The notes under the pieces: generated by a model
Database searches by the model: none
What the model was told of the DNA's origin: nothing
Seen by the model: only the letters and a program-made list of their open reading frames with translations
DNA from: Coprothermobacterota bacterium
Lineage (GTDB): Bacteria; Coprothermobacterota; Coprothermobacteria; Coprothermobacterales; Coprothermobacteraceae
Direction of reading: 5' to 3'
Length of the DNA stretch: 64,000 nucleotides
NCBI GenBank assembly: GCA_036679065.1
Contig: JAZIGN010000002.1
Coordinates: 9,713-73,712 of the forward strand
Shown here: piece after piece, positions 39,193 to 49,276 of the stretch
Layout of the letters: each line of letters begins with the position of its first letter
Numbering within the stretch: the stretch's first letter is position 1
Made by a program: the position numbers and the translations under genes

Positions 39193-40023
39193 ATGTTTGG
39201 GGAATTAAATCTTTCTGAAGAAATGCTCAAACTACTAAACCAAATAGCTGTAAAAGGTGCGTACATATTCGTAGCTATTGCTTTCTTTATTGTTATCCAG
39301 CGCATTACTGCATCTCTAATAAACAGTTCAAAACAAAAACTTGAAGATCGCCCAGGAATCTCAGGTATAAGCGTCAGTTTTTGGCTTTCCTTTCTTTATT
39401 ACGTCATAGTTATTGTGGCATTCTTGGGAGCCCTGAGAATTGCAGGTATTTCTTACACCTCCATACTTGCAGGTGTCAGTATAACAGGACTCATCGTTGG
39501 GTTAGCTACTCAGAACATTCTCTCGAACTTGTTTGCAGGAATGATGATTCTAGCTCAGAAGCCTTTTGATATAGGAGACTCTGTGACAGTGGGAAACTAC
39601 ACTGGAACTGTAAAGGTCATCAATGTGTTAACTACCACTATTGAAACATTGGAGCGATTAGAGATAACCATGCCCAATAAGATGCTGGTAGATGGTGCCA
39701 TTGTTAACAATACAAAAAGCCCTACGAGAATGTGGAATTTCTCCTTTTACGTAGATTGCTGGGAAAAATACCCCGATATCAAAGCCCACATAGTAGACAT
39801 ACTTAAAGCTGATGAACGCGTACTGGAAGATCCCATCGTCTTTGGCGAGATTACTGAAAAAGGCATAAGAATAACGATGCGAGCAATTGTGGAAACGAGT
39901 CAGTTAGTTACTATGAGCCGCGAAACTCAAGACCGTATCATCGACTTGTTAGCCGATATGGGCTGTAAACCTTTGGGGGTAACAGAAATCACCATTCAGG
40001 GAGGTAAACCGCTTAGTGAGTGA
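39193..40023 (+). CDS. Small-conductance mechanosensitive channel (MscS family)
   Basis: GLATQNILSNLFAG, KPFDIGD, PN..L. Confidence 0.92.
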   Translation: MFGELNLSEEMLKLLNQIAVKGAYIFVAIAFFIVIQRITASLINSSKQKLEDRPGISGISVSFWLSFLYYVIVIVAFLGALRIAGISYTSILAGVSITGLIVGLATQNILSNLFAGMMILAQKPFDIGDSVTVGNYTGTVKVINVLTTTIETLERLEITMPNKMLVDGAIVNNTKSPTRMWNFSFYVDCWEKYPDIKAHIVDILKADERVLEDPIVFGEITEKGIRITMRAIVETSQLVTMSRETQDRIIDLLADMGCKPLGVTEITIQGGKPLSE

Positions 40024-40151
40024 TGAGCAATCTCATATGATCAAAAGAGATGGTGTCGTTGTAAGGTGTGGTGAGCAAGGAATTGAGCTGTGCATGGAAG
40101 AATGTGGCATGAGCCCCACAAAGGTTTTAAACACACTCATGGAAATGCGTA

Positions 40152-40673
40152 TTAATGTAGAAAAACGCGAGGTAGTTGTGCCATAGATTCATAAGCTTTT
40201 AAATAGTATTGAAGAGCTTTTTCAAGCCAAATCTGTTCGTCTTCTTCATCTTTTGCTTCTCTGTACAACCAGGCAATATTCTGAGCCACATAGCCTAGGT
40301 TATACGGATCAATATTCCTAATCTCGTACTGCTCAAAAACAGAAGACAGTACGTAGAGAGCATCTTCCCACGTTCTTTCTTCGCTCATACCCTTAATCCC
40401 CGCCAAACGTTTCTTGGCTAGTAAAGGCAAAAGTTTCCTAATCTCCTCGGAAGAGATTTCTTCGAAGTTAGACTCCAAAGCAACATACCCACAATTTTCA
40501 CAAATAGCACCTACGTAACAAACGGGATTGATTCCATTTACCCAAGGATGCAAGTCAAAATCCCTGGAAATAACGGTGTAAGCGCCATGTTTCAAACGCA
40601 CAACGTACACTTCGCTCTTGCATACAGGACACGTGAGCTTTTTAGTGTAAACGCCTTCCTTGTCATCTCCTAT
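40152..40673 (-). pseudogene. DUF2225-family gene fragment
   Basis: The frame continues upstream of the called GTG through KKLTCPVC with no ATG/GTG/TTG; second CENCGY motif; abrupt C-terminal end. Confidence 0.55.
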
Positions 40674-40724
40674 ATAGGATGATATAAGGTGGAATGATTT
40701 ATACTGTCTAAGAAAATAAATCCT

Positions 40725-40931
40725 GTGCGGTTAGTGTTCTCTCTTGCTTTCGGTTTTGCAGTTTCCGGTAAGGAGATTTTGCATCCTAGCCTGGTAACAC
40801 TCGGTATGGCGTTTACAGTCTTCGGTGCTTATTTAATAGGAAGAGCCGAGGAACAAAACAAGGGATATACTGTCAAACGCGGAGCCCAGGCGGGCCCCGC
40901 GCCCTCCCTATCCTCCTATTTGTTATTTTAA
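40725..40931 (+). CDS. Possible small membrane protein or fragment
   Basis: Two short hydrophobic segments, no RBS; weak. Confidence 0.25.
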   Translation: MRLVFSLAFGFAVSGKEILHPSLVTLGMAFTVFGAYLIGRAEEQNKGYTVKRGAQAGPAPSLSSYLLF

Positions 40932-41014
40932 CCCAACACGGACTAAACCTTTATGTAACATGGTAAAATCAAAAAATGTAAAGATGTTCTTAGATACCCG
41001 ATTAGGGAGGACTG

Positions 41015-41545
41015 ATGCATAAAATGGACGTTCCATTGCCAAAAGCGCGCGTTAGCGAAGTATTAGGACTCTTGGAGATCCTGGATGACGAAGGCGGTCA
41101 TGTGGATTTGTACAAGTTGGGAAGGACATTGGGACATGATATTGACGAGCTTATATCCACCATTGAGACTGCCCAATTGTTCAATCTGGTGGAAGTGGAT
41201 AACGGAGACGTGGTGTTCACGGAAGTAGGAAAACAATTCACTGACCAGAACATGGAACAACGTAAAACCTATATTTCCGAGGTACTGAGTAAACTGCCTT
41301 ATATGGTGGAATTGCTTACGGCACTGGCAGAATCTGAGGAACACAGTGTCGACATGGAATACTTAGAGAAAATCATTGACGGTGAATACAGTGAAAGAGA
41401 AGTTAAATACTTCGTTAGAAATCTCTTGGACTGGTCAAGATTTGCTGAGCTTATCTGGGTGGATTCTGACGAACAAACCATCCACCTGGAAACCCAGGAA
41501 GACGAAGAAAACAACCCTGAGCAAAACGACCAAGCAGAAGAGTGA
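41015..41545 (+). CDS. Stand-alone AAA-associated (winged-helix) domain protein
   Basis: LP.A.V..VLGLLEIL, DLYKL, LLDWSRFAEL; similar to the C-terminal domain of NitT-type ATPases. Confidence 0.7.
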   Translation: MHKMDVPLPKARVSEVLGLLEILDDEGGHVDLYKLGRTLGHDIDELISTIETAQLFNLVEVDNGDVVFTEVGKQFTDQNMEQRKTYISEVLSKLPYMVELLTALAESEEHSVDMEYLEKIIDGEYSEREVKYFVRNLLDWSRFAELIWVDSDEQTIHLETQEDEENNPEQNDQAEE

Positions 41546-41597
41546 ACTAGATTAATAATACCTAGGACAACGTTTTTACTAGGAGGTATAGAGAAGT

Positions 41598-43097
41598 GTG
41601 CAACTGATATCAGCTGCTTTGTGGTCTACATATCGTATTTTTGTTGCATATTTTCTTTCCTTGGCTTTTGGAATCTTTTATGGGGTATCTGCGAGCTCGG
41701 GTCCCAGAAGAGAAAAAATCATGATAGCCATTTTGGACATACTTCAGTCTGTCCCCATACTGGGCTTCTTCCCTGTTGCTATAGCATTCTTCGTCGCTGT
41801 TTTTAGAGGCCAGCGTGTAGGCTTAGAACTGGCAGCCATATTCCTTATTTTTACCTCTCAAGCGTGGAACATCGCCTTCGGTGTATACGAGACAGTCAAA
41901 ACATTACCAAGGGAATTAGTGGAAGTAGGTAAGGCTTTTAATTTTAGCAAAACGTTTACAATCCAGCGTATTTATTTGCCAGCCATGATGCCAACCATCG
42001 TGTTTAACAGCGGTGTTAGTATGGCCAATGGCTGGTATTTCCTGATGGCAAGTGAAATTATAACCTTAGGTAGCCAAGAAGTGAAATTGCCTGGTTTGGG
42101 ATCTAGTATGATGAATTACCTGGCGCAAGGCAACATTTTGGGCGTGGTCATGTGCATTGCAACCATCGTTCTCATAAATGCATTGCTTCAAGTGCTCATC
42201 TTCAGACCATTAGTTAAATGGTCCGAGTTGTTTCAGTACAATGCTGTTGGAACAGCACCTGAATGGCCTACAGTGGCAGACGTACTCTTCGACTTTGGGA
42301 AAGCTTTAAAGGTCGATACCGTTTTAGTTAAACTAGTTAGCCTAGGTACCAAAAAACTAAGTGCGGCAGCCAAGTACGTTTTTTATGCAATAGGTGCTGC
42401 CTTGGTAGGAGGTCTGGGGTATCTTATCTTCTGGCTGTTCTCGCCTCCCTATCCTAGTAACATTCTTTCACAAATCCCTGCTGCTCTCACGGTTACCACA
42501 ATGCGCGTAGTAGCTGCAGTAGTAATTGCTGTCCTCTTGGCTTTACCTTTTGTAATAAGAAGCGTTAAAAACGTGGCGGCCGCCCAAAACATTTACTCAT
42601 TGGCTTCTATATTGGGAAGCATACCAGCAGTTGTTTTTTATCCTCCCATTGTGGCTTTAGGAGGTCGTGCTTACATGGAGCCTTTGTCCATATTGCTCTT
42701 ACTTACAGGTTCGTTCTGGTACGCGCTGTTTAACATGAGCAAGGGAGCCATGCTTTTACCAGGTGTGTTAACAGAAATGGCACAGGTATTCAATATAAAA
42801 GGGCGGCTTTACTACAGGAACATACTCATTCCAGCTATCCTGCCACCTTTAATAACGGGAGCTCTAACAGCATGGGGAGGAGCATGGAACGCTTCCATTG
42901 TGGCTGAGCACGTGCAGTTTGGTGATAAGGTGTATTCCATACCCGGTATCGGAGCATTGCTAGTGCAGTCAACCTCTGATACAAAGGCACTGCTCCTTAT
43001 CGTGCTAAGCATGACAGCGCTGATTGTTTTGGTTAACATGCTCTTTTGGAGACCTTGGTACAGCAAAGCAGCGGAAAAGTACAATATAACGGAGTGA
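41598..43097 (+). CDS. ABC transporter permease (duplicated TM module, NitT/TauT type)
   Basis: LDILQSVPILGF, SQAWN, GWYFLMASE, GGAWNASIVAE. Confidence 0.85.
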   Translation: MQLISAALWSTYRIFVAYFLSLAFGIFYGVSASSGPRREKIMIAILDILQSVPILGFFPVAIAFFVAVFRGQRVGLELAAIFLIFTSQAWNIAFGVYETVKTLPRELVEVGKAFNFSKTFTIQRIYLPAMMPTIVFNSGVSMANGWYFLMASEIITLGSQEVKLPGLGSSMMNYLAQGNILGVVMCIATIVLINALLQVLIFRPLVKWSELFQYNAVGTAPEWPTVADVLFDFGKALKVDTVLVKLVSLGTKKLSAAAKYVFYAIGAALVGGLGYLIFWLFSPPYPSNILSQIPAALTVTTMRVVAAVVIAVLLALPFVIRSVKNVAAAQNIYSLASILGSIPAVVFYPPIVALGGRAYMEPLSILLLLTGSFWYALFNMSKGAMLLPGVLTEMAQVFNIKGRLYYRNILIPAILPPLITGALTAWGGAWNASIVAEHVQFGDKVYSIPGIGALLVQSTSDTKALLLIVLSMTALIVLVNMLFWRPWYSKAAEKYNITE

Positions 43098-43873
43098 TGA
43101 CTGCGGTGACATTATTGGATGTTAGAAACTTAAACCTGACATTTAAAGAGAAGGGAAAAGAACTTTCTGTATTGGAAGATATTAGTTTTACCTTAGACGA
43201 AGGCGAATTCCTCTGTTTGGTTGGGCCCTCTGGCTCTGGGAAATCCACCATACTGCGTATCATAAGTGGCATCCTGAATGAATATACTGGCGAAGTTCTC
43301 TACAAGGGAGAGCTTAACCCCCAACCGAACCCAAACGTGAGCATGGTTTTCCAGAGCTTCGCACTCATACCATGGCTAACTGTACAAGAGAATATAGAAC
43401 TCGTTTTGGAAGCTCGAGGCATAGCCCCGCGCCAGAGAATAAGAACAGCCCTAAGATACATCGACATGGTAGGGCTGGATTCATTTGAAGATGCTTACCC
43501 AAGAGAACTTTCTGGTGGCATGAAACAGCGAGTAGGAATAGCCAGAGCTTTGGCAGTGGAGCCTGAAATTTTACTCATGGATGAACCGTTTTCTGCTTTG
43601 GACGTGCTAACCGCAGCGGACCTCAGAGAACAAGTAGTGAATTTGTGGTTAGAGAAACGCTTGCCGCTTAAGTCTGTACTCATGGTTACTCATAACATGG
43701 AAGAAGCTGTTTTTTTGGCAGATCGCATTTTAGTGCTAAGCGCCAGACCTGGCCACATTATTGGAGAAATAAGCGTAGACCTACCAAGACCCCGTGATTC
43801 TCGTGACAAGGCCTTTGAAGAAATCCTAGACAAAGTTTACTCAATGATTCTGTCCAGTCGCATTAAAAGTTGA
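43097..43873 (+). CDS. ABC transporter ATP-binding protein (NitT/TauT type)
   Basis: GPSGSGKST, LSGGMKQR, DEPFSALD, VTHN. Confidence 0.92.
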   Translation: MTAVTLLDVRNLNLTFKEKGKELSVLEDISFTLDEGEFLCLVGPSGSGKSTILRIISGILNEYTGEVLYKGELNPQPNPNVSMVFQSFALIPWLTVQENIELVLEARGIAPRQRIRTALRYIDMVGLDSFEDAYPRELSGGMKQRVGIARALAVEPEILLMDEPFSALDVLTAADLREQVVNLWLEKRLPLKSVLMVTHNMEEAVFLADRILVLSARPGHIIGEISVDLPRPRDSRDKAFEEILDKVYSMILSSRIKS

Positions 43874-44308
43874 AAGTGAACAACTAGTGCTGTTTTCGTC
43901 AGCGGGAGCAAGAGAGAAACTAGACATTTTTATTTCGTCGTGAGCCTTGAAGAATGCAGCGTAAGAACTTAGCGTTGAAGTGCACATAAGGTTACCGTCA
44001 ACTAGGCGAATTTCATACATGGTCACCACGTATCCTTTTATTTCCAGCACCATGTTGTAACTCGCAAATCCCGTATCCGCATAGTCAACGTCCCTGAAAA
44101 CCAGTGACTCATAACCCACAGTATGCTCCCCAGTAAAGGAAGAAATACGCTCTAGCTGCTCTCTTACAGAGTCTTCAACCAACGTTTGATATGAGTCAAA
44201 TGCCTTCTGACGTTCCAAATCCGTGAAAGGTCCCAAAGTTGCATAACCAAAAAAAGACCCTAAACCAAAAACAACAGCTAAGATAAAAGCCTTAACCTGA
44301 CCGATCAT
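43841..44308 (-). CDS. Hypothetical exported/membrane-anchored protein
   Basis: N-terminal hydrophobic segment after ATG 44308; TACAAT box 6 nt upstream. Confidence 0.55.
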   Translation of the reverse strand: MIGQVKAFILAVVFGLGSFFGYATLGPFTDLERQKAFDSYQTLVEDSVREQLERISSFTGEHTVGYESLVFRDVDYADTGFASYNMVLEIKGYVVTMYEIRLVDGNLMCTSTLSSYAAFFKAHDEIKMSSFSLAPADENSTSCSLSTFNATGQNH

Positions 44309-44331
44309 AACAGTATTGTATAATAGGCACT

Positions 44332-44790
44332 GTGAACATGAGTAAATGGATCTACTTGGCACTTATTTCCATGAGCCCCATTGTGGAATGCCGTGGTAGT
44401 ATTCCATACGGATTATTGGCAGGGTTGCCCGTAGTTGGAGTTTTCATAGTAGCATTCTTCAGTAATACATTAATGAGCATAGTAGTTTACGAAGGAGTAA
44501 AGCTACTCAAGTCTTGGCTACTCAAGTACCCAAAACTGAGGAATTACTATGAGAACTATGTGAGAAACGCCTTAAAGCGATTCAAACAATACGAAATGGG
44601 TGTAGCTGTGTCCTTAGCCATCTTCGTGGGAATTCCATTACCTGGTACAGGTGGATTCACAGGGGCAGTGGTTGCAGAAGCACTAGAAGTAAAAAGGCCT
44701 CTGGCATGGGCTTCACTGGCTGCTGGCGTACTAATAGCCTGCACAGTGGTTACGCTCATAACATGGTCTGCTATGCAAATCGCGAGGTGA
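44332..44790 (+). CDS. Small multi-drug export protein family (COG2426)
   Basis: P..E.RGSIP and FVGIPLPGTG motifs. Confidence 0.85.
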   Translation: MNMSKWIYLALISMSPIVECRGSIPYGLLAGLPVVGVFIVAFFSNTLMSIVVYEGVKLLKSWLLKYPKLRNYYENYVRNALKRFKQYEMGVAVSLAIFVGIPLPGTGGFTGAVVAEALEVKRPLAWASLAAGVLIACTVVTLITWSAMQIAR

Positions 44791-44794
44791 AAAC

Positions 44795-45910
44795 GTGAAA
44801 GTCAAATTCGTTGCAAGTCCCATCATGAACTTAGCCGAAACTATGAAAAAGGAAGCTACGGAGTTTTTTAACGCTCACGGGATCGCTTTGGAAGAATCGC
44901 AAGATCCTGAAGCTTTAATTGTACTTAGCGGAGGAAGCGAAGAGATTGCAAAAGACTTCTTAAAACCCGGCGTTATCCTCATACCTTTCGGTACTGCTAA
45001 TGGCCTAGCTGCTAGTTTAGAGATTCAAAGTTACGCCTTGGAGCAAGGGTTTAATGTCCCTCTGGTTAGTGAACTTTCAGATAACTACGTTAAGTGGCTT
45101 AGTATTTTCGAGAATTTAAAGCAGCAAAAAGCGGGCCTCATTGGTAAGCCCAGTTCATGGCTTATAAAAAGTGGTGATTACACCATACTGAGTCAGTTAG
45201 AGATACCTTATGTGGAAATACCCTTGGAAGAGTTGAATAGTTTCCTTCAAGAAGAGGAATCACTAGCTGATGAAATATGGGGTAAGGCATCGTCCTCAGG
45301 TATTGAGAAAGTGGAAGTCCTAAAGGGTACAAAGGTCTACACCGCTTTAGAAAAGGTCATCGATAAATACCAGCTAACCGCTTTTGCACTCCGATGCTTT
45401 GATATGGCAGTTCAACTCAAGATAACAGGCTGCTTATCTCTTTCACTATTCAATACCAAGAAAATACCAGCTGCCTGTGAAGGGGATGTAGAAAGCCTAG
45501 TAACAATGATGATAGCGAATCAGCTAATGGGGACACCAGGCTTCATGATAAACTTGGCACGCAAGAACCACCCCGAGTATACCTTTGCTCATTGCACCAT
45601 AGCGCTTGATTTAGTAGATAGCTACTCCTTGACCACTCATTTTGAAACAGGCTACAACGTAGGCATCAATGGTCAATTACGTGAAGGCGTTTACACAGCC
45701 TTCAGAGTGGGTAAAGACAAAAAGTACAAGTACTTTGTAGGAGAAACTGTGGAAAAACCGCATGTGGAAAACATGTGCCGAACCCAGATCACGCTGAGGC
45801 TAAAGCAGAACCCATTCAAGCGTAGCATTGGCAACCACATGGTGCTTGTGCCAGGTGACTGGAGCAAAGAACTAGCACTACTGGAGGAATTTGGCTGGCA
45901 GCTGATATAA
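44795..45910 (+). CDS. L-fucose/L-arabinose isomerase-like protein
   Basis: RCF, CLSLS, AACEGD, FAHCT, CRTQ, GNH. Confidence 0.65.
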   Translation: MKVKFVASPIMNLAETMKKEATEFFNAHGIALEESQDPEALIVLSGGSEEIAKDFLKPGVILIPFGTANGLAASLEIQSYALEQGFNVPLVSELSDNYVKWLSIFENLKQQKAGLIGKPSSWLIKSGDYTILSQLEIPYVEIPLEELNSFLQEEESLADEIWGKASSSGIEKVEVLKGTKVYTALEKVIDKYQLTAFALRCFDMAVQLKITGCLSLSLFNTKKIPAACEGDVESLVTMMIANQLMGTPGFMINLARKNHPEYTFAHCTIALDLVDSYSLTTHFETGYNVGINGQLREGVYTAFRVGKDKKYKYFVGETVEKPHVENMCRTQITLRLKQNPFKRSIGNHMVLVPGDWSKELALLEEFGWQLI

Positions 45911-45960
45911 TGTAAAGTAAAGGTTAAGGTATTAACTTTTACTTAATAGGAGGCTGCGCC

Positions 45961-47433
45961 ATGTGGGAAAAGTTCTTTACCGATTTTTCATTTATGGAGA
46001 ACCCTGAGCTTTCTGATCTTCGGCAGATGGCTAAGAAGGATGAAATTCCAAATCGTTACGGTATCCCGGTGTATCACTCGAAAATCAAGTCCAGGAGTGC
46101 CAAGTTTACCGAGTATCACTATGAGATTACGCCTGACTTGGAGACTTTATTTCAAGAGGTTTTCCAGCACTACCAATCCAGAAAATGGATAAAAGTGGAA
46201 AGAAACATTGGGCAGTCACCGGAAAACTTATTCAGACAGCTTTATATTGTGCCATCGGAATACGCACGCCTTGCCTTTATGATGACTCATAATAACTTTG
46301 ACCCAGTGGGGCAAAAAGATCCTGACATTTACATTGCTGCATTCCCTGATTGGCCTGACAGACGCATATTGGTGTTCCCTAATTTGCACTTCACCATGAT
46401 TCTTGGTTCAGATTACTATGGAGAATCGAAGATGGCTGGTTTGAGAATGGCAATGCACATAATGCGCGAAGAACGGGGCGGCATTGGGCTACATGCAGGT
46501 AGCAAAATATACCGAGTCAAGAATGCCCAAGGACAACTTACTGAAAGAGGTGCCTTAATTTTCGGTTTGTCAGGTACCGGTAAAACTACCATAAGCGTAA
46601 ACAGCCACAATTTGGTGGCACCGGAGGGCGTAGAAATACTGCAAGACGACATTAACATGCTCACCACAAAAGGAAATTCCTACGGCACTGAAAAGAACTT
46701 TTATGTGAAAACAGATTCAGTAAGCTCCACACCAGAACTTCAAGATGCCTGTTTAGCTGAAGATGCCATACTTGAGAACGTGTATGTCTCTCCTGAAGGG
46801 GAAATAGATTTTGACAACATGAGCATAAGTACCAACGGCCGGGCTGTGATAAACCGAAGGCGTATTCCTAACACCAGCGACCGCATCGATCTTCCGCAAG
46901 TAAATTTCTTCCTATTTAACACAAGGCGCTATGATATTCCGCCTGTAGGTAAACTCACAGGTCCGGCACAGGCTGCCGCTTTCTTCATGCTCGGTGAGAG
47001 TACTATTACTAGCGCCGATGACCCCACACGTGTGGGCGAGACGACTCGTGTGGTAGGTTTCGACCCATTTATCATAAACAAACCAGAAAAAAGTGGGAAC
47101 AGGCTTTACGAAATACTAAGCAACCATCCCATTGATGTGTACATTGTGAACACAGGTAAAATTGGTGGATTGGACGGAATAAAGATTACACCTGAAGTCA
47201 CACTTAAAATAGTGGAAAACATAGCCAGAGGTACCATAAAGTGGCAATACAACGAAGATCTGGGATACGAAATTCCTGTAGAAGTACCTGGTTTAGACCT
47301 TTCACAATTTGACCCTTATAAGATCTATGGTAAAGAAGAATACAAGAACATGATGGAAGCACTCAGAAACGACCGAAGAAAACATTTGCAACAGTTTCCT
47401 GATCTTTATGACCAGATAAAGGAATCTATTTAA
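45961..47433 (+). CDS. pckA: Phosphoenolpyruvate carboxykinase (ATP)
   Basis: YYGESK, LHAG, FGLSGTGKTT, QDD, NGR, NTG. Confidence 0.88.
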   Translation: MWEKFFTDFSFMENPELSDLRQMAKKDEIPNRYGIPVYHSKIKSRSAKFTEYHYEITPDLETLFQEVFQHYQSRKWIKVERNIGQSPENLFRQLYIVPSEYARLAFMMTHNNFDPVGQKDPDIYIAAFPDWPDRRILVFPNLHFTMILGSDYYGESKMAGLRMAMHIMREERGGIGLHAGSKIYRVKNAQGQLTERGALIFGLSGTGKTTISVNSHNLVAPEGVEILQDDINMLTTKGNSYGTEKNFYVKTDSVSSTPELQDACLAEDAILENVYVSPEGEIDFDNMSISTNGRAVINRRRIPNTSDRIDLPQVNFFLFNTRRYDIPPVGKLTGPAQAAAFFMLGESTITSADDPTRVGETTRVVGFDPFIINKPEKSGNRLYEILSNHPIDVYIVNTGKIGGLDGIKITPEVTLKIVENIARGTIKWQYNEDLGYEIPVEVPGLDLSQFDPYKIYGKEEYKNMMEALRNDRRKHLQQFPDLYDQIKESI

Positions 47434-47457
47434 TTAGCACTGGCAGTTGTTAGACGT

Positions 47458-47799
47458 TTAGCAGCCCAAATGCAGAAACGCCACAGCTTTTTCGCCTTTG
47501 CTTAGGAGCTTCTCGTAAGTCTCCAAAGCCTGTGGCGTTTTCTGCTCCACACAAGCTATACCTTTCTTGTGGAGGTGCTCTGCCACAACAGGCGAAACTA
47601 CCATACGCCCAGTGAAACCTGTTCCGAAAACTACATAGCAAACATCAGAAGGAATTAGCTCCTGTACATCCTCCAATACCACTTGATGGGGTTCTATTCT
47701 TTGCCAAGGTTGCGGCTCGCCATATCCAAGGAACACATCGTCTCGATAAGACTTGCCTTGGATAACGATTTCCCCAAAAGCCAAACCTTCGCTAACCAA
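47458..47799 (-). CDS. Mth938-like (DUF498) domain protein
   Basis: FGEIVI.GK.Y..DV, GTG, C-terminal HLGC. Confidence 0.8.
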   Translation of the reverse strand: MVSEGLAFGEIVIQGKSYRDDVFLGYGEPQPWQRIEPHQVVLEDVQELIPSDVCYVVFGTGFTGRMVVSPVVAEHLHKKGIACVEQKTPQALETYEKLLSKGEKAVAFLHLGC

Positions 47800-47831
47800 C
47801 TCCTCACCCCCTTTGTAAAACAATTATACCG

Positions 47832-48353
47832 CTAATCTAAAATTAACTTAACAATATCGACTACACTTTCATCTTTACCAGTAGACCTAAGCACCTTTAC
47901 GCTCGGTGGCAATGGCTCTCGGGAGGAGTGCTGAATAATGACAATGCCTGTGAACTCAATAGCGCTAAGCGCATCCAGTGTCTTTGTTACAAGGCCTTTG
48001 TGGTTTGGAGGTCCCATAAATAAATAATCGGCTTCTAGGGGACGCCTAAGAAAACGAAACACATCCTCACAAACCACTTTCAAATTCACGTTCCATTTTT
48101 TAGCCTGTGTTCGCATAAACTGGCACAGTTTTCTATTGTTTTCAACGCCAACAGCCTCTACTGCTCCCCTGGACAAGAACTCGAAAGCGACAATGCCTGA
48201 ACCAGCATAAAGGTCTACGACGCGGCTTCCTTCCACATTTCCCAACATGGAAAAAAGGGCAAGCCGTTCTCTTTGCGGAAGAGGCCTTAGAGCAGGCACA
48301 TCAGGTGGGTTCATGGATAAATTCTTAAGTGAGCCGCCTGTAATTTTCAGCAA
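47832..48353 (-). CDS. rsmD: 16S rRNA m2G966 methyltransferase RsmD family
   Basis: KITGG, RP...R..LF, DLYAGSG, SRGA; DPPY motif altered to GPPN; recG synteny. Confidence 0.8.
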   Translation of the reverse strand: MLKITGGSLKNLSMNPPDVPALRPLPQRERLALFSMLGNVEGSRVVDLYAGSGIVAFEFLSRGAVEAVGVENNRKLCQFMRTQAKKWNVNLKVVCEDVFRFLRRPLEADYLFMGPPNHKGLVTKTLDALSAIEFTGIVIIQHSSREPLPPSVKVLRSTGKDESVVDIVKLILD

Positions 48354-49272
48354 GAGCAATCACCTCTTCAGTAACGCTTGGGCTGGGCACTGTCAGCCTG
48401 CCCCACTTTTTTAAGAACTTTATTTTAAAACCTTTTGAAGCCAAGAATTCAGCAAAGCCCTTGTCCACCAAAATGAAGTTGCAGGCACTGGGTCTTGAAC
48501 TAATATGAAGAGTCCTCAGAGCATTTATTAGGCGTTCCATCTGCTTTTTTACTACTTGAACGTACTCAGTTACATAGCTCGTATCTGCTAAAGCATTTTT
48601 AGCCAGCATTAGTGAAAGAGTGGAAACTCTGTAAACCTCTGAGTACTGTGAAAAAAGGCCAACAGTTTTGGGATGCGCCAACATGTAAGCAACCCTGGCA
48701 CCAGCTAGACCAAAAGCTTTGGAAAAGGTACGGAAAATGGCCAAGTTCGGCCATTTCTCAAGCAAGGGAGCAAAGGTGACACCCGAAAATTCATAGTATG
48801 CTTCATCAACTACCAAAAGTTCAACATTAGAAAGAAGTTCCTCAGCTAAGGTTTCATCCATTAGTATGTTTCCAGTTGGGTTATTGGGATTCACCACCAC
48901 TGTCACTTTTCCCTGAGCTTGTACTGAAAAGTCGCTAGGTAACTTAGAAGATCTAAGTTTCGCCTTGGATAAAGCTATTCCCTGCCTTAATGCCTCATGC
49001 TCATAGACGTAGTAAGCAGGATCATGTATGAGAAAAGCTCTGTCCCAAAACACCTTGTACATGAGCTCGATGAGTCCATCAATGCCAGAATAAATAAAAA
49101 CAAAAGAGGGATCCACACCTGCGTAGCCAGCAATCTGTAAGCGCAGTTGTTCTTCAAGCTCCTCAGGAGGATAGAATCTAACACAATCCAAATCCAAACC
49201 TTCGAACAACGATGGTGGCAAAGGAAGTTGCATTTCGTTGAGATGAAGCCGTCTACTTTCCTCTTCTACCAT
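48325..49272 (-). CDS. PLP-dependent aminotransferase, histidinol-phosphate aminotransferase (HisC/CobD) family
   Basis: NPNNPTG, DEAYYEF, RTFSKAFGLAGAR. Confidence 0.85.
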   Translation of the reverse strand: MVEEESRRLHLNEMQLPLPPSLFEGLDLDCVRFYPPEELEEQLRLQIAGYAGVDPSFVFIYSGIDGLIELMYKVFWDRAFLIHDPAYYVYEHEALRQGIALSKAKLRSSKLPSDFSVQAQGKVTVVVNPNNPTGNILMDETLAEELLSNVELLVVDEAYYEFSGVTFAPLLEKWPNLAIFRTFSKAFGLAGARVAYMLAHPKTVGLFSQYSEVYRVSTLSLMLAKNALADTSYVTEYVQVVKKQMERLINALRTLHISSRPSACNFILVDKGFAEFLASKGFKIKFLKKWGRLTVPSPSVTEEVIALAENYRRLT

Positions 49273-49276
49273 CTTC

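Noticed and set aside
40120-40150. GTTTTAAACACACTCATGGAAAT as a CRISPR-like repeat
   Set aside because: Single copy, no spacers, no cas genes
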